Positions 1 through 12,986 of a DNA stretch of 64,000 nucleotides are shown piece after piece. The DNA comes from the human T2T-CHM13v2.0 reference genome, Homo sapiens: assembly GCF_009914755.1 (NCBI RefSeq), contig NC_060927.1; one strand, given 5' to 3'. The notes under the pieces were generated by a model that searched no databases, was not told the DNA's origin, and worked only from the letters and a program-made list of their open reading frames with translations. The position numbers were made by a program, and so were the translations under genes. How positions within the stretch are numbered: the first letter of the stretch is position 1; the number at the start of each line of letters is the position of its first letter.

Positions 1-849
1 CTTCCAGATTTGACTTCTTCTTCTACATATTTTGTTGTTGTTACATGCTTCTTTCTTCAAGGCACCTAATCTTGAAATTTTAGCATTATTTTAAAATTTT
101 CCCTCTACTCACCTTCCATATGAAATCAATTGTTAATTTCTTTTAATTCTACTGCTAATGAGCCATTCACATCCATTTTTATTTAATAAATTATATTAAC
201 ACACTGGATTCATTGAAAATAGTTTTCAAAGAAATACCAGGCAAGCAGAAAAGTTCTGTGAAACTGTAATGTCTTCGGGTATAGATAATCACTTGGAAAT
301 GGGAGGAGGGGATAGTAGGCTAGTTAATTTGTGGTTGATGAAATTTTAAAAGATCAATGCCTTGAAAGTTAGAGTGGAATCCAGGGGTAAGGAGAGAGAG
401 CTAAAAACCTATGTGTGGCAGGCAGATGTGGGTAATCAGGTAATCATGAATAGTACATTGGATGGAAGGGGTGCATTTTAAAACAAGAATGTATGCTGCT
501 GCTGACAAGTAGTATTATCAAACTATAAAATATGATTCCAAATATGGGTCTGGGGTGGAAATGAATTCCCCTTTTAGGAAAGTAGTTTCAATCAACGCTT
601 CTTCAATCTTCAGACATATTTTTAGTAAATTGTTTAGTTGTGAAAATAATGTTGAAATTTTGTTCAAATTTTTTTTTCTCACATAATGGTAAAAATGTTT
701 ATTTTTATCAAAAGGGAAGTTTAAAAGACTAATGTAATTTATAGTGCATGCTGGGTCAGTGGTTTGGATATCAACAGGTGATACATTTATATACTTTGTT
801 GAGACCTAAGTCACAACTGTAAGTTCAGTGACTTGATGGCTGCTAGGGT

Positions 850-1411
850 TGTATTAGTTTTCTGTTGCTGTGTAAAAAATTACCACAAACTTAGCAGCTT
901 AAAACAAAACCCATTTTTTATTTCATAGATCCCTAAGTGATAAATACGGCATGGTGTGACTGGGTTCACAAGGCTGAATGAAAGGTATCAGCTAGTTGTG
1001 TTTTCATAAAAAATGGGCATATCCTCATATTTTCGATTACTGGCAGAATTTAATCCCTGGCTGTTGTCAGAGAGAGGTACCCATTTCCCAGCTGGGCATC
1101 AGTGGGCCACTGCTCCTCTCCCCTGAAGGCCATCTGTAGTTTTCTTAAGGGGCTCCCTCTGTTCTCAGAGTAGCCATGGAATGTCATGAAGTCCTTCTCA
1201 TGCTTCAGCCCTCTCTGACTTCATCTTTTGCCATGAGCTGGAGAAAACTCTCCGCTTTTCAGGGCTCATGTCATCGATCAGATTAGGCCCACCTAGATAT
1301 TCTCCCTATCTTAAGGTAAACATAATCACGGGAATAATACTATATGCACAAGCTCTGGGAGTTGGAGGAGATATCTTTAGTGAGAGGATTTTAGAAATTT
1401 TGTCTACCATA
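850..1411 (-). mobile_element. MLT1 (ERVL-MaLR) solo LTR, MLT1D/E-like
   Basis: Begins tgtattagttttctgttgctgtgtaaaaaattaccacaaacttagcagcttaaaacaaa (reverse complement of the MLT1 3' end) and ends ttagaaattttgtctaccata. Confidence 0.75.
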
Positions 1412-3124
1412 CCTGTGTGATATCAGCAACTGGACAGTGTGGTTGTGGTTCACAACATGACCTAGGAAAAAAAGCGAAAATGGAATTGTTCTTCTTATTG
1501 GGATTGTGGGTACCATCATATCTCATTTTAAGTTGACTTAGATAAAAAAACAAATTGCTGCTAAAAAACAAAATAAATTCTATTTCCAAGACCAGAATGC
1601 TCTGATTAAATGAGTTAATAACGCAGGAATTAATATCTTTCAAAGATTTACAGTAAAATTTACCTAAGGTGATGTTTAAAAAATGAATATGGAGACATTT
1701 TTGGTAAATTTGAAGACAATGAAGTTACCCATATTTTATACAACTATTTTCATGATGCCAATAAATTGCACACATGTTGGCCAAAAGACTGTAGTGAAAT
1801 AAAATATCAATTCTTAGATATTGTCAAGGGGAAACATAAGAATAACATCTTGAATTGCCATGATTTTCCATGGTTTAAAAGAAAACAGTAAATTGGAAAA
1901 TACTGCTTTCTTAAGAAAACATTTCCTAATAAAATTACCAGGTCTTCTCTAAGATTTCCTTGCTTCCTTGGATTCCCACCCCATCCAACATGCACATCAT
2001 GTTCTTACGAGTGTTATTAAAAAACTCCCATAGGAATTTTTTTTTTACAAAAAAACACTGGAGCAGATTTAAGTTAATTATATAAACCATTATAATTTAA
2101 CAAAATTCCATATAAGACCCATTCAAATGGACACACAATGACTTGATTCTATGATTATGTTCTTTGGGAATTGAATGGACGTTCCATTCTGAGAGAAAAT
2201 ATGAAATTGAATTACTAAAAGAAAGTAAATCTATTTCTGGATTCAACCTAAACACAAACATTATTTGTTCCTGCTTAGCAAAAGAATTTTGAATATACTG
2301 AGCGAAACCTGAGTGAGTTTCCATTTCTGTTTTCTCATAAGAATTTGTTGGTCAGATAATAAAAGGGAAAGCTTGGAAATTATAAATTTTTGGAAGAGCC
2401 GTATATGTGTCATATGTGATTGTAATTTAAAAACAAACTAATTTTAATGACATTTGATTTATTATTTTTAAGAAATATTCTATAAGCATTGGTAATTTTT
2501 GTTTTTCAAAATTTAATAGTGTTATTATATTGGTTACTACAAATTCAGTCTTATTTTTATTCGTGACTCTTTTCCTATATAATATTAAAGCTAAATTATA
2601 TTATAGATTGGCAAAAGTAGTTATGTCAGGAGGAACTTTTCCTTCTTTTCCCCTTTTATCCTTAAAAAGACAACTTTTTTCTTTTAATTTCACAGTTAAA
2701 ATATAATACCATAAACATACTCTTATTCAGGAGAAATTTTATTCAATTATCTCATTTAAAAATGCTTATATGAGTCAAATTTAATGATTTATCAGCATGT
2801 ATAATTTACTTCTAGTTTAGAATAAGCTGAGTACAAAAAAACTCATTAATCAGAGTGTCATTAGTTCATAATTTATAAATATTCAACTTAACTAACTGGA
2901 ATTAACTGGAGTTGTGGAGAAATAATGGAGATTTCACATTAAAAAATACTAAATAGGCATTGAGGCAAGGAAAATATTTAGTTTAATATAAAAGTAATAA
3001 TTTTTCCTTAGTTCTTTCATTTACTACTAGCTTATCTTTTAAAATATATCTAGCATGTATGTTTATAAAATATAGAACATCACATAGAAATATATCACCT
3101 TTCTCTAAAGCAATGTTAAGCTTT

Positions 3125-3760
3125 CATCATTCATTTGTTCAATCACTAAATACTTATTGAGCATCAACTATGTACCAGGCACTGTGCAGGAGATGATAAT
3201 AATAGATGGTGGTGGTGATGAGGAAGAGGCACACAGGTAGAAGAAAGCAAGGAAGTAAAGAAAACCAAAAGAAACAGCCAGAGAGACCAGGGAACTGGAG
3301 TATGTTGTCAAAAAGCCCTAAGAGAGGGAGTTCTTTTTTTTTTTTTTTTTTAGAAGGAGTGTCACTCCATCGCTGGAGTGCAGTGGCGCTATCTTGGCTC
3401 ACTGCAACCCCCACCTAATTTTTGTATTTTTAGTAGAGACAGGGTTTCACCATGTTGCCCAAGCTGGTCTCAAACTCCTGACCTCAGGTGGGCGTCAGGT
3501 GGGATTACAGGTGTGAGCCACTGCGCCTGGTCTGAGAGTATTTTTAAAAAGTGTTTAACTGTGTCGAAAACTCTGAAGGAATTAAGAAAAAGGATACTGA
3601 ACATTTTTCATTATATTTGCTAATGTGGAGGTCATTAGTGGCTTTGCAAGAATAGTTTTAATGGAATAATAAGAGCTAAAGCCAGATTAAAGGCCATTAA
3701 GAAGTGAGTGGAGACAGCCTGTGTAAACAATTCTTTCGAGAAACTTGACTCTCAAGGGCA
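3125..3760 (-). mobile_element. L2 LINE fragments interrupted by an Alu
   Basis: tcattcatttgttcaatcactaaatacttattgagcatcaactatgtaccaggcactgtgc matches the L2 3' end, and tggaggtcattagtggctttgcaagaatagttttaatggaat matches the L2 body. Confidence 0.6.
3332..3532 (-). mobile_element. AluS with internal deletions
   Basis: Poly-T, then gctggagtgcagtggcgctatcttggctcactgcaacc ... ctcaaactcctgacctcaggtg ... gattacaggtgtgagccactgcgcctgg. Only ~200 bp remain because of internal deletions. Confidence 0.9.
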
Positions 3761-3789
3761 GTACCTCAGAAGGAATATATAGTCAATGA

Positions 3790-4426
3790 TTTTAGAAGTA
3801 CATTAAAGGACCCAAATTATTTGCTTTTTCTCCCTTTGAGAAGAATTCTTTTAGTTATCCTCCCCTAGATTTTGGGCTGGCCTTAGTGACTTGCTGACCA
3901 ATAGAATGTGGCAAAATGATGTTTCTTGGCTTCAGAGGATAAGTCATTAAAAACTTTGCAGCATCCACCTGGACTTCTTGGAGTTTTTGCTCTTGGAGCC
4001 ATGAACCACCATGTAAAAAGTCTGAGAACTGAGATTATGTTCTGAGGAAGCCTGGGCTAGACACATGAAGAGGCTACATAGAGAGAGGTACCTGGATAGC
4101 TCCATCTGTTCCAGCCATCCTAGTGCAGGCAACAGGTCTTGAATGGAGAAGTCATTGTGATCGCAGCCTCAGCAGAAGTGATGTGAAGAACTGACAAACT
4201 CAGCTCACCAGGCCAAATGAGGCTCCAGACATATGGCCCCAGTTGAGCTATACCAACCATCTTGACTCTGCTGAAACATCCATTATTATGGAGCAGAGAA
4301 AAATCATTACCACTGTGCTCTGCTCAAATTCCTGATCTACAGTATGATGAACATAATAAAATAGTTGTTGTTTTATGTCATTAAATGTTGAGGAGGGTTT
4401 TTTCCACAATGATAAATAACTGGAAA
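3790..4426 (+). mobile_element. MLT1 (MLT1F/G/H-like) LTR
   Basis: tgggctggccttagtgacttgctgaccaatagaatgtggc near the start, and the terminal motifs aataaaatagttgttgttttatgtcattaaat...ataaataactggaaaa. Confidence 0.7.
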
Positions 4427-4734
4427 AACCTTACACATAGTAGCTGTTCAACAAATATTTATTTAATTTAATAGTATGATTCACAAAAATTCAATTTATT
4501 TGATTTATTAAATGGAGCACATGCTTAAATTGGACATATATATAAAATGAAATTTTCTTAAGATGAATGTGTAATTCAGCATTCCAATCATTTAATTGGT
4601 CATTTGTCCTACTAGTCAAAATTGGTGAAAATTTTTATATTCTTAAATTATTTACACTCAAATTATTGAAAGTTTCTGTATTTTTAAAGCAACTTTTATA
4701 TACCCAAATTTTGCAAAACGTTTGATATTGACTT

Positions 4735-4945
4735 GATCTATACTTACTTTGTTCCAAGAATTATTCTAAAGGCTTGATGTGTATCAAATCATTTAACCTA
4801 AGAACAACCATACCAGGAAGGTATTATTTTAATCCAGATTTTACAGAAGAATAAATGGAAGAACTAAGAAGTTAAATAATATTGTCAAAGTTGTACAGCT
4901 AATGCCTGATCAAACAGGGATTTGAATCCAGGTACTTGGGCTCCG
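4735..4945 (-). mobile_element. MIR SINE
   Basis: attattttaatccagattttacagaagaataaatgga...gttaaataatattgtcaaagttgtacagcta...ggatttgaatccagg is the MIR core. Confidence 0.65.
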
Positions 4946-5293
4946 CAGCTTCTGGTCTTGCTAGATGACAGTCCTAGCACCCGCTCCTTCCCCAACACAT
5001 GCATGTTGTTTGAGTCCTTTTTTCTCAGCATCTGGATGAGAAAAAGTATAGTTGATGGAAGTCCTTGAGTAGCAAGATTGAAGGAAAGTGAAGGAAAACT
5101 TTGGAACTGGGGGCACTTCCCAGGCTAAGTGTAACAGTGATAGGTTAAGGAAAAGGAGATGGTTGCTCAGAAAGACGAAGTCAAAGAAGCTTCCTCTTTT
5201 GTATCTCAGCCCAGGTCTTATCTGTACTCCCTCCTGTGCTGAAATGATTGATCAACTGAGCCTAAGTCAGTTCCAAAATGTATTTAAGATATG

Positions 5294-5358
5294 CTCCAAC
5301 ATAAAATCTTTTAGTCTCCAACATAAAATCTCCTCCAACGTAAAATCTTTTAGTCTCA
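5294..5358. repeat. Short tandem triplication of ctccaacataaaatct(tttagt)
   Basis: ctccaacataaaatcttttagt / ctccaacataaaatctc / ctccaacgtaaaatcttttagtctc seen directly. Confidence 0.85.
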
Positions 5359-5920
5359 TTTTACTTAGAGCTTCCTATACATTTTGGCTATGCTACATAA
5401 GGCCTGAATGTTAGGTCACACGTCCAAATACAATTTAATTGTTAAGCTTCGCAGTCTTACATACATACAACTCAATATTCACAGTCAAATTTGTGATAAG
5501 TACAACCTCCCCTTTCTCCCAAAGTGGCATAATCACTGAAATACAGGCACTATACTGTTCTTCAGGAAGTTCTTGGCAGCTTTCAAATACTCCTCAGCAA
5601 CATTATCCCACATCAACCTTCAAGGAAATGACACTGGACTGCTACCAAAGCTTTGTTATGTGTTACCCAGAAATATGACTCTCAGTGGTGAATTCTTGTA
5701 ACTTTCTCTAAATGGATTATTCCCATCTGGAGAAGCATTATGTGTTAAAGGTGACTACTGATAGAGGTGGCAAGAGATAATTCCATAGCAGGAAAAGCAA
5801 CTTGCAGTATTTTTTATGTCAAATTGACTTTATCCTAGTGAAAGGATAGTATGTGAAATAAAAATATCTTAAAAATGGAATTGTATAAAGAATAAAATGT
5901 CTCTTTTTCTACACATTTAT

Positions 5921-6296
5921 TGATATGATTTGGTGGTGTCCCCAACCCAATCTCATCGTGAATTCTGGTTCCCATAATCCTCACGTGTCATGGGAGGGAC
6001 CCAGTAGGAGGTAATTGAATCATGGGGGTGGTTACCCTCATACTGTTCTTGTGATAATGAGTGAGTTCTCCTGAGATCTGATGGTTTTATAAGGGGTTTT
6101 CCCTCCTTTTGTTCTGCACTTCTCCTTGCTGTTACCATGTGAAGAAGGACGTGTTTTCTTCCCCTTCCGCCATGATTGTAAGTTTCCTGAGACTTCCCCA
6201 GCCATGCTGAACTGTGAGTCAATTAAACCTCTTTTCTCTAGAAATTACCAAGTCTGTGGTATGTCTTTATTATCAGCGTGAGAATGGACTAATACG
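5921..6296 (+). mobile_element. THE1 solo LTR (THE1B/C-like)
   Basis: tgatatgatttggtggtgtccccaacccaaatctcatc ... gagaatggactaatacg; 5-bp TSD-like flanks tttat/ttcat. Confidence 0.92.
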
Positions 6297-7312
6297 TTCA
6301 TTAGATTACATTTTGGATAAAGCAGGTGTGATCAGCAACACTCTCACCATCAAGCATATCTTTGCTGTAACTCCCTTTGAATAGGAAAGAAAGTATCATT
6401 GTATATGTGTATGTAGGCACATGTGAATTTATCATGTGGAGGAAGCAGGACAAAGAAGGGGAAGATGAGGCCATAAAAGACAGGCATATAGGCGTCTGTG
6501 CTGGGGGAGTAAGCGTAGAGGTGCAAAAGAAGAGGGAGATTAGTAAATAATAAAAGGAAAAGTCAGGTTGTAACAAGGGACTAGGATGGTGATCCTAGTT
6601 AGCGGACAAAATAGTTTCTGAAGGCTTCTGTAAGTGAGGATTAGACATTTTTATTGATGGGTACTTGAATTTTTCTCCTACTCTATTTTCAAATGAAGCA
6701 GATTAATATTCTTGCTTCTTATAAGAAAACTTTAGTTTCCAGACAGTGATAATTTTCACAGCATGAAAATGTTACATAGTCTTCTGACTAACCTCAGTTA
6801 CTTAAGTATTGTAAGGTTCTATTTTCAGGTATCATCTGTTTTCAGATACTTTTGCTATAGTGATGCTTCAGGCATCATTTTCTTATTTTTAGGATACAAT
6901 GGCCTCTGGGTTTCTGCCATTCATTTTCTGACTGTGGTATCCAAAACCATTCGAACAGAAGGTGCATGGTGGCACACACTCTCAGCTGTGGACCCGTGTC
7001 GTTCTCAGGCTTCCTCCTAAGGACAGAGCCCTGAATGTCATCGTGGGCCATGTGCTTCTGAAAGAGAGCTCCTCCTTTTCAGCCCTGGGGGATGTGTCTT
7101 AAGTAACGGTGATTCAGTTCACCCAGTTATTGGTTTAAGCATGTGCATGTCATGTGTTCTGGCCAATGAGATAGAAGGAAAAGTCATCTGGGGATGTGTC
7201 AGCTCTTAATTTATTGCCTCAGCTCTGAATGCATCCTTCGATACATGCTCTATGATCAATAACAGAATTCCTTTAAGATTTTCTCTTTAAAGTAAGTATG
7301 ACACTAAGCATT

Positions 7313-7330
7313 CTCAGTAGAGGGCGCTGG
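7313..7330 (+). promoter_or_regulatory. CTCF-like binding motif within LTR41
   Basis: TCAGTAGAGGGCGCTG versus the CTCF core CCASYAGRKGGCRS (1 mismatch), with the CpG retained. Confidence 0.5.
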
Positions 7331-7559
7331 AGAAACATCGTAGGAGGCAGAGGCTTCATGCAATTGCAGCCTGAGCTGAGGAGCGACTGTGTGGTTGTGG
7401 GTACTTGGAGTGGAACCTGCCTGAGCCACAGGTTCAGAACACGATTTCTCTGTGACCTTGTCGTCTTGGCCTGGAGATGAGCTGGCTGGTCTGCATGCAG
7501 CTGCCTGGGACCCAAGGGGTAGCCCCCTGTGCAAGCCCATTCCCACCAGCCCACAAGCT

Positions 7560-7657
7560 CTGAAGGTCTTTGCCCTCCACTGGGTGGGTGGGGGTGGGGT
7601 TGGGGCTGCTGAAGGTCTTTGCCCTCCACTGGGTGGGTGGGGGTGGGGTTGGGGCTG
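7560..7657 (+). repeat. Perfect 2x49-bp tandem duplication, each copy with a G4 motif
   Basis: ctgaaggtctttgccctccactgggtgggtgggggtggggttggggctg at 7560-7608 and at 7609-7657. Confidence 0.95.
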
Positions 7658-8031
7658 CCTGTTTGCCTAGCAACTCTAGATCAGTGCAGGTCTGGCTAAA
7701 CTAGCTAACTTTCTTGCTATCCAGTGGCTGAAGCACACCTTTTCCAACAAGGCCTGGATTCCTCAGATTGTCCATGTCTTAAAGTCACTTTTATTATAGC
7801 TAATAATTTTTATTTTAAACTTTCTATATTTAACCTACTGTGTGATTTCTATCTCCTGATTAGATTCAGATTGCTACAGGGGGTTCCTGGGAAACAGCTC
7901 TTTAGTCATAAAAAGCAGTGAATGAATGAGTCTTCCCTTTTCTGACTCTGAATGTTAATACCATACATGTAACCCCCAGAACTACAGGGTTCATTTTTAG
8001 CCAATGGGAAAAGCCAAGGAAAGAACCTGGA

Positions 8032-8170
8032 TTTCTTTTTTTAATTTTAAGTAGATATGAGGGTCTTGCTATGTTGCCTAGGCTGGTCTCAAACGTCTGG
8101 GCTCAAGTGATCCGCCCATTTTGGCCACCCAAAGTGCTGGGATTATGGGTGTGAGCCACTGCGCTCAGTC
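8032..8170 (-). mobile_element. Alu left monomer (FLAM_C/AluJ-like)
   Basis: gggtcttgctatgttgcctaggctggtctcaaac...ggctcaagtgatccgccc...aaagtgctgggattatgggtgtgagccac; TSD-like agaacctggattt/agaaactggattt. Confidence 0.85.
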
Positions 8171-8344
8171 AGAAACTGGATTTTTGATGACATCATCATG
8201 CCCTTGATTTGACCAACCCTGCTGTGGTCCTCAAATGAGGTTGTGAGGGGTGAGGGTGGGGAGAAGCACATACCCTTATATTTAGGCTACTTGGGGTTGT
8301 GATTTCACTTACTTGCAGGACAAAGCACTCCAACAAAAATGTAA

Positions 8345-8665
<321 letters not shown>

Positions 8666-8871
8666 CAATCTTACTTTCTTTAAAGCAGTCACATTGTCTC
8701 TTGGCAAGCCTGGTGAGAACATCAGTTGTTACCCTTTTCATTCATTAGATTATATTACCCATCTTGCTTAACAAATTCCAGAAGAGCTCTAGTTTCCTTT
8801 CATTGTCACAAATATTCAAGTTCCTCATATCACAAAGTTACATCAGCATTTCTTTTATTCTTTCAGGTTAG

Positions 8872-9193
8872 TTTTCTTTTTCTTTTCTTTTTTTTTTTGT
8901 GTGTGTGACAGAGTTTTGCTCTGTCACCCAGGCTGGAGTGAATTGGCGCCATCTTGGCTCACTGAAACCTCCACCCCCCAGGTTCAAGCGATTCTCCTGC
9001 CTCACTCTCCCAAGTAGCTGGGATTATAGGTGCCACCACCATGCCCTGCTAATTATTTAATTTTTGAACTTTTAATAGAGACGGGATTTTGCCATGTTGG
9101 CCAGGTTGGTCTCAAACTCCTGACCTCAGGTGATCCACCCGCATCAGCCTCTTGAAGTTCTAGGATTACAGATGTGAGCCACTGTGCCCAGCC
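8872..9193 (-). mobile_element. AluS (Sx/Sz-like)
   Basis: Full dimeric Alu with cctgacctcaggtgatccaccc. Confidence 0.92.
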
Positions 9194-9918
9194 TCCTTTC
9201 TGATTATGTTGAATTTCTACTAGTTTTTATGGCCAAAAAAAAAAAAAGCCATTGACAGGAAAGCCCTGTGAGTTATTTCTTTGGAGGATAAAACATGTTA
9301 CATGTCAATTCTTCCTCAGAAACCTGGAATGGCCTCTCTTCCAGGACACAGACACTTCACTCACTTTCTAACTTCTCTACTTTCACACAACTGGGTATAA
9401 TGCTTCAATATAAGGCTCTGCTTAGAATGAATACTATACACACACAAGTTAATAAAAAGAGAAATACAGCACTCCAAGGCCTATTGTCTCACACCACCTG
9501 TGTCCCATGATGAGTACTTATAATTTACATCCTTGATTAAAATAAAATCTTTCCACAGTGGAGTGGGCTACAGAGAAGAAATCTGCCATATGGCTTTTAC
9601 AGGTGTCGTCTGCTCATCATATTGTCATGGCATGGCTACTTTGCTCCTTGTTTACAGTATGTAGTTACTGCAGTTTCCTTTGCTTTCTGTGACTTCCTGA
9701 GGCTTCCTCCAGAAACATTTCCAGCACTCTAAGTATCACCAGTCCCTCCCTGTTGGAGCTGGTGACTGCAAATTCTTTGTTGGAAGAACAAAGGTCTTAA
9801 AATAATTCTTCCCATTTCACTCTACTCAGTCATCCTCCTTAAGCCCCCTCCCCTGCTTAGGATAGTGCATCTGATTATTGCTTCTCCTGTCTCTTAATGC
9901 CAGAATCTTATCCATGAG

Positions 9919-10003
9919 CCCCTCCCTCCCTCCCTCCCTCCCTTCCTTCCTTCCTTCCTTCCTTCCTTCCTTCCTTCCTTCCTTCCTTCCTTCCTTCCTT
10001 CCT
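9919..10003. repeat. (CCCT)n(CCTT)n polypyrimidine microsatellite
   Basis: Seen directly; embedded in a degraded L2-like segment. Confidence 0.95.
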
Positions 10004-10039
10004 CTTCTTCACAGAGCAGCTCACTCCACACTCCTTAAA

Positions 10040-10392
<353 letters not shown>

Positions 10393-12134
10393 CTACCTAG
10401 GCAGTTAGGCTGCTCTTAAAGTTCATCAATGCCTTACTCACAGGAAAGGGAGGTTCAGACTCCTTGAATGTAGAAAGTTAACTGGTGTTTGCCTCGAAAA
10501 AAATAAAATTCAGGACTTAGTTAGAGGAGCAGGAGAAAAGGAGAAAAAAATAGGGCTGCTTTTTTTTTTTCACCTGCAGTGCTCCTCCCTTGCAATGCTT
10601 AAGGACACCTGCTAGTCTAAGAAAATGAAGGGTAAGATCCTGAGTATTTAGTGGACTGTGAGAGGAAGAAGCCATCAAGATGGGATTGCGAATCCCAGAA
10701 TCTGAAACTCTTCAAGAAGCCACCCCAGGGGAGTGTCCTCAACATTTGTGTGCCCAAAAATGTAGTGCAAAATCATCATAACAGATGACCTTCTGATCAG
10801 AAAAGTCTTGATATTTCACTTTTAATAATCAGAAAAATAAAGTCTGTGAATGTACTTCTTTGAAACTCATAGAAGCCTTCAAAGATGAAACACTGAACTC
10901 AAGAGGTGGCTTGGATAAGTTATTTATTTTACAATTGGGGCAAAGAGGCTGAAAATTAAAAATCGAGAGTGTAGCTTTCTTTTGTGAATTTATTGAAAGG
11001 CCTGTCTACGCTCTTGCAGAGTTCTTGCTTCTGTTATCTTTTTTGCTTTCTTCTTTGGACGGAAATGAAGAACTCCTGAAAGCAATATTGAAGATTGGCC
11101 TCTGATGTGCTCCTTCTCCTGCCTCCCTTCCATCCAGAACTGAATGGTGATGAATTAAATGAGGACAGCTTCTGTCACCTTATATCAGGACACTTCACAA
11201 ATAATCCTGACTTCTCACATCTCAGCAGGACCAACCTGAATCTCTCTTCAGGAGACAGAATTCTAATTGTGAAACCATGAAGGTCAAGATAGGACAAGAG
11301 GCTTCCTCACTTCTGCCTTCCCTTTGTATTAGCGACAACATAACTTTATCCTAATTGTGGCTCAGGTCTTTAACAAAGTATTAATTTATTCTTGACTTGT
11401 CAATTGTGAGCAGAAGTCATAAACTGTTGCATAGCATTCCCGTATGATTTTTTGTGTATAGGAATTTAACCTAAAATTATGGATGCATATAAACATTTAG
11501 CTTTAGGATATTTACTATACAATTTAAAAAAATCGATAAATATGTATCTAGATATACACATATATAGAATACATATATCTATAGCATATATAGAACTTTT
11601 ATGTATAGCCGTCCTTAATCATGATGCTTCTAAAAAATTTAACCTTAGAAAATATTTATTTTTAAGTACTAAATAAAGTTAAAAAATGAGAATAATATGC
11701 TGTATCTATACCATCTTACATCATTTACATCTATATATACAGTATATACAGCCGCATCTCTGCTGGCTATATTGTTTATTAGCTTCATCACCCACTCTGT
11801 CTGTCTCTTCTCTCCACCATCTTCTCAAGCACTCTTCTACCTCCTCGTTCTTTTACTCACTAAAATCTTAAGAATATTGACATTTGGAAGCTAAGATTAT
11901 GGATGGTTTATATTTTCCTCTTTCTCTTGCCTGTGTTTTGTATTTTTTAAACAATAATTGTATGTAATTTGGCTTGCTCTGTGACTCCTACATCACTACC
12001 TATAATGACTCGTGATTAGAATTTCAGAAGCCTCAGAAATATTCTTAGCTATGTAGATTTACAATAAAAAAGGCCATTCTGCCTGAATTATTAGTGGTTT
12101 CATATGGCTCGACTGGTTCTCAGTTTACACAGAC

Positions 12135-12275
12135 CCTGAGAGCTGGAAAAACCTTAGAGGTTATCCAAACCAGTCCTCATCTTAAGGGGAGTAAACTGAA
12201 ACCCAGAGAGGCTGGACACTCAATCATGTCAGCATAAGAAGTCACAGAGTTGGTGGCGAATCCAGGATTCTCACT
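12135..12275 (-). mobile_element. MIR-family SINE fragment
   Basis: gagctggaaaaaccttagaggttatc...aaactgaaacccagagagg...aagtcacagag. Confidence 0.5.
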
Positions 12276-12660
12276 ATACAATGACATTTATGACTACAAT
12301 AGAAACTTGTTCGAAATTCCATTGTTTTATTTCAGTGGCTGTTGGAAAACAAGCATACCTCACATATACATGCTTCATGACAATAGGGCTGGCATCTTTA
12401 AATCAGAATATTTAAAGTAGAATGAAAAGTTATTATTCTAATATAAGCATAAGAAACATAGACATGCGGTACTCAAAATAGCTTCAAATTATGAGTTTTA
12501 TGTTCCTTCATTTTGAAAGAAGAACTCATCAAAAAATGTCCTTTATTCAGAGTGTCATCCTGAAGACAGCATGCTAACAAAAGTCAAGCTGCAGACTTTA
12601 CACCTTAAGAACGGAATGTCAATATACCAAGACATTCTTCTCAGCAGTTGTTATATTTTA

Positions 12661-12986
<326 letters not shown>

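Larger units (their letters stand above)
7194..7878 (+). mobile_element. LTR41-like (ERVL) solo LTR
   Basis: 5' end tgtgtcagctcttaatttattgcctcagctc..., internal cagtagagggcgctggag, 3' end actgtgtgatttctatctcctgattagattcagattgctaca; flanks gggga/ggggg. Confidence 0.7.
7060..8335 (+). mobile_element. Old MLT1 (J/K/L-like) LTR, split by LTR41 and Alu-monomer insertions
   Basis: ttctggccaatgagatagaaggaaaagtcatctgggg ... ttcctgggaaac ... aagaacctggattt ... gatgacatcatc ... ttggggttgtgatttcacttacttgcag. Confidence 0.5.

Noticed and set aside
7273-7673. Several Pro/Gly-rich ORFs with repeated peptides
   Set aside because: They result from the GC-rich LTR and the 49-bp duplication.
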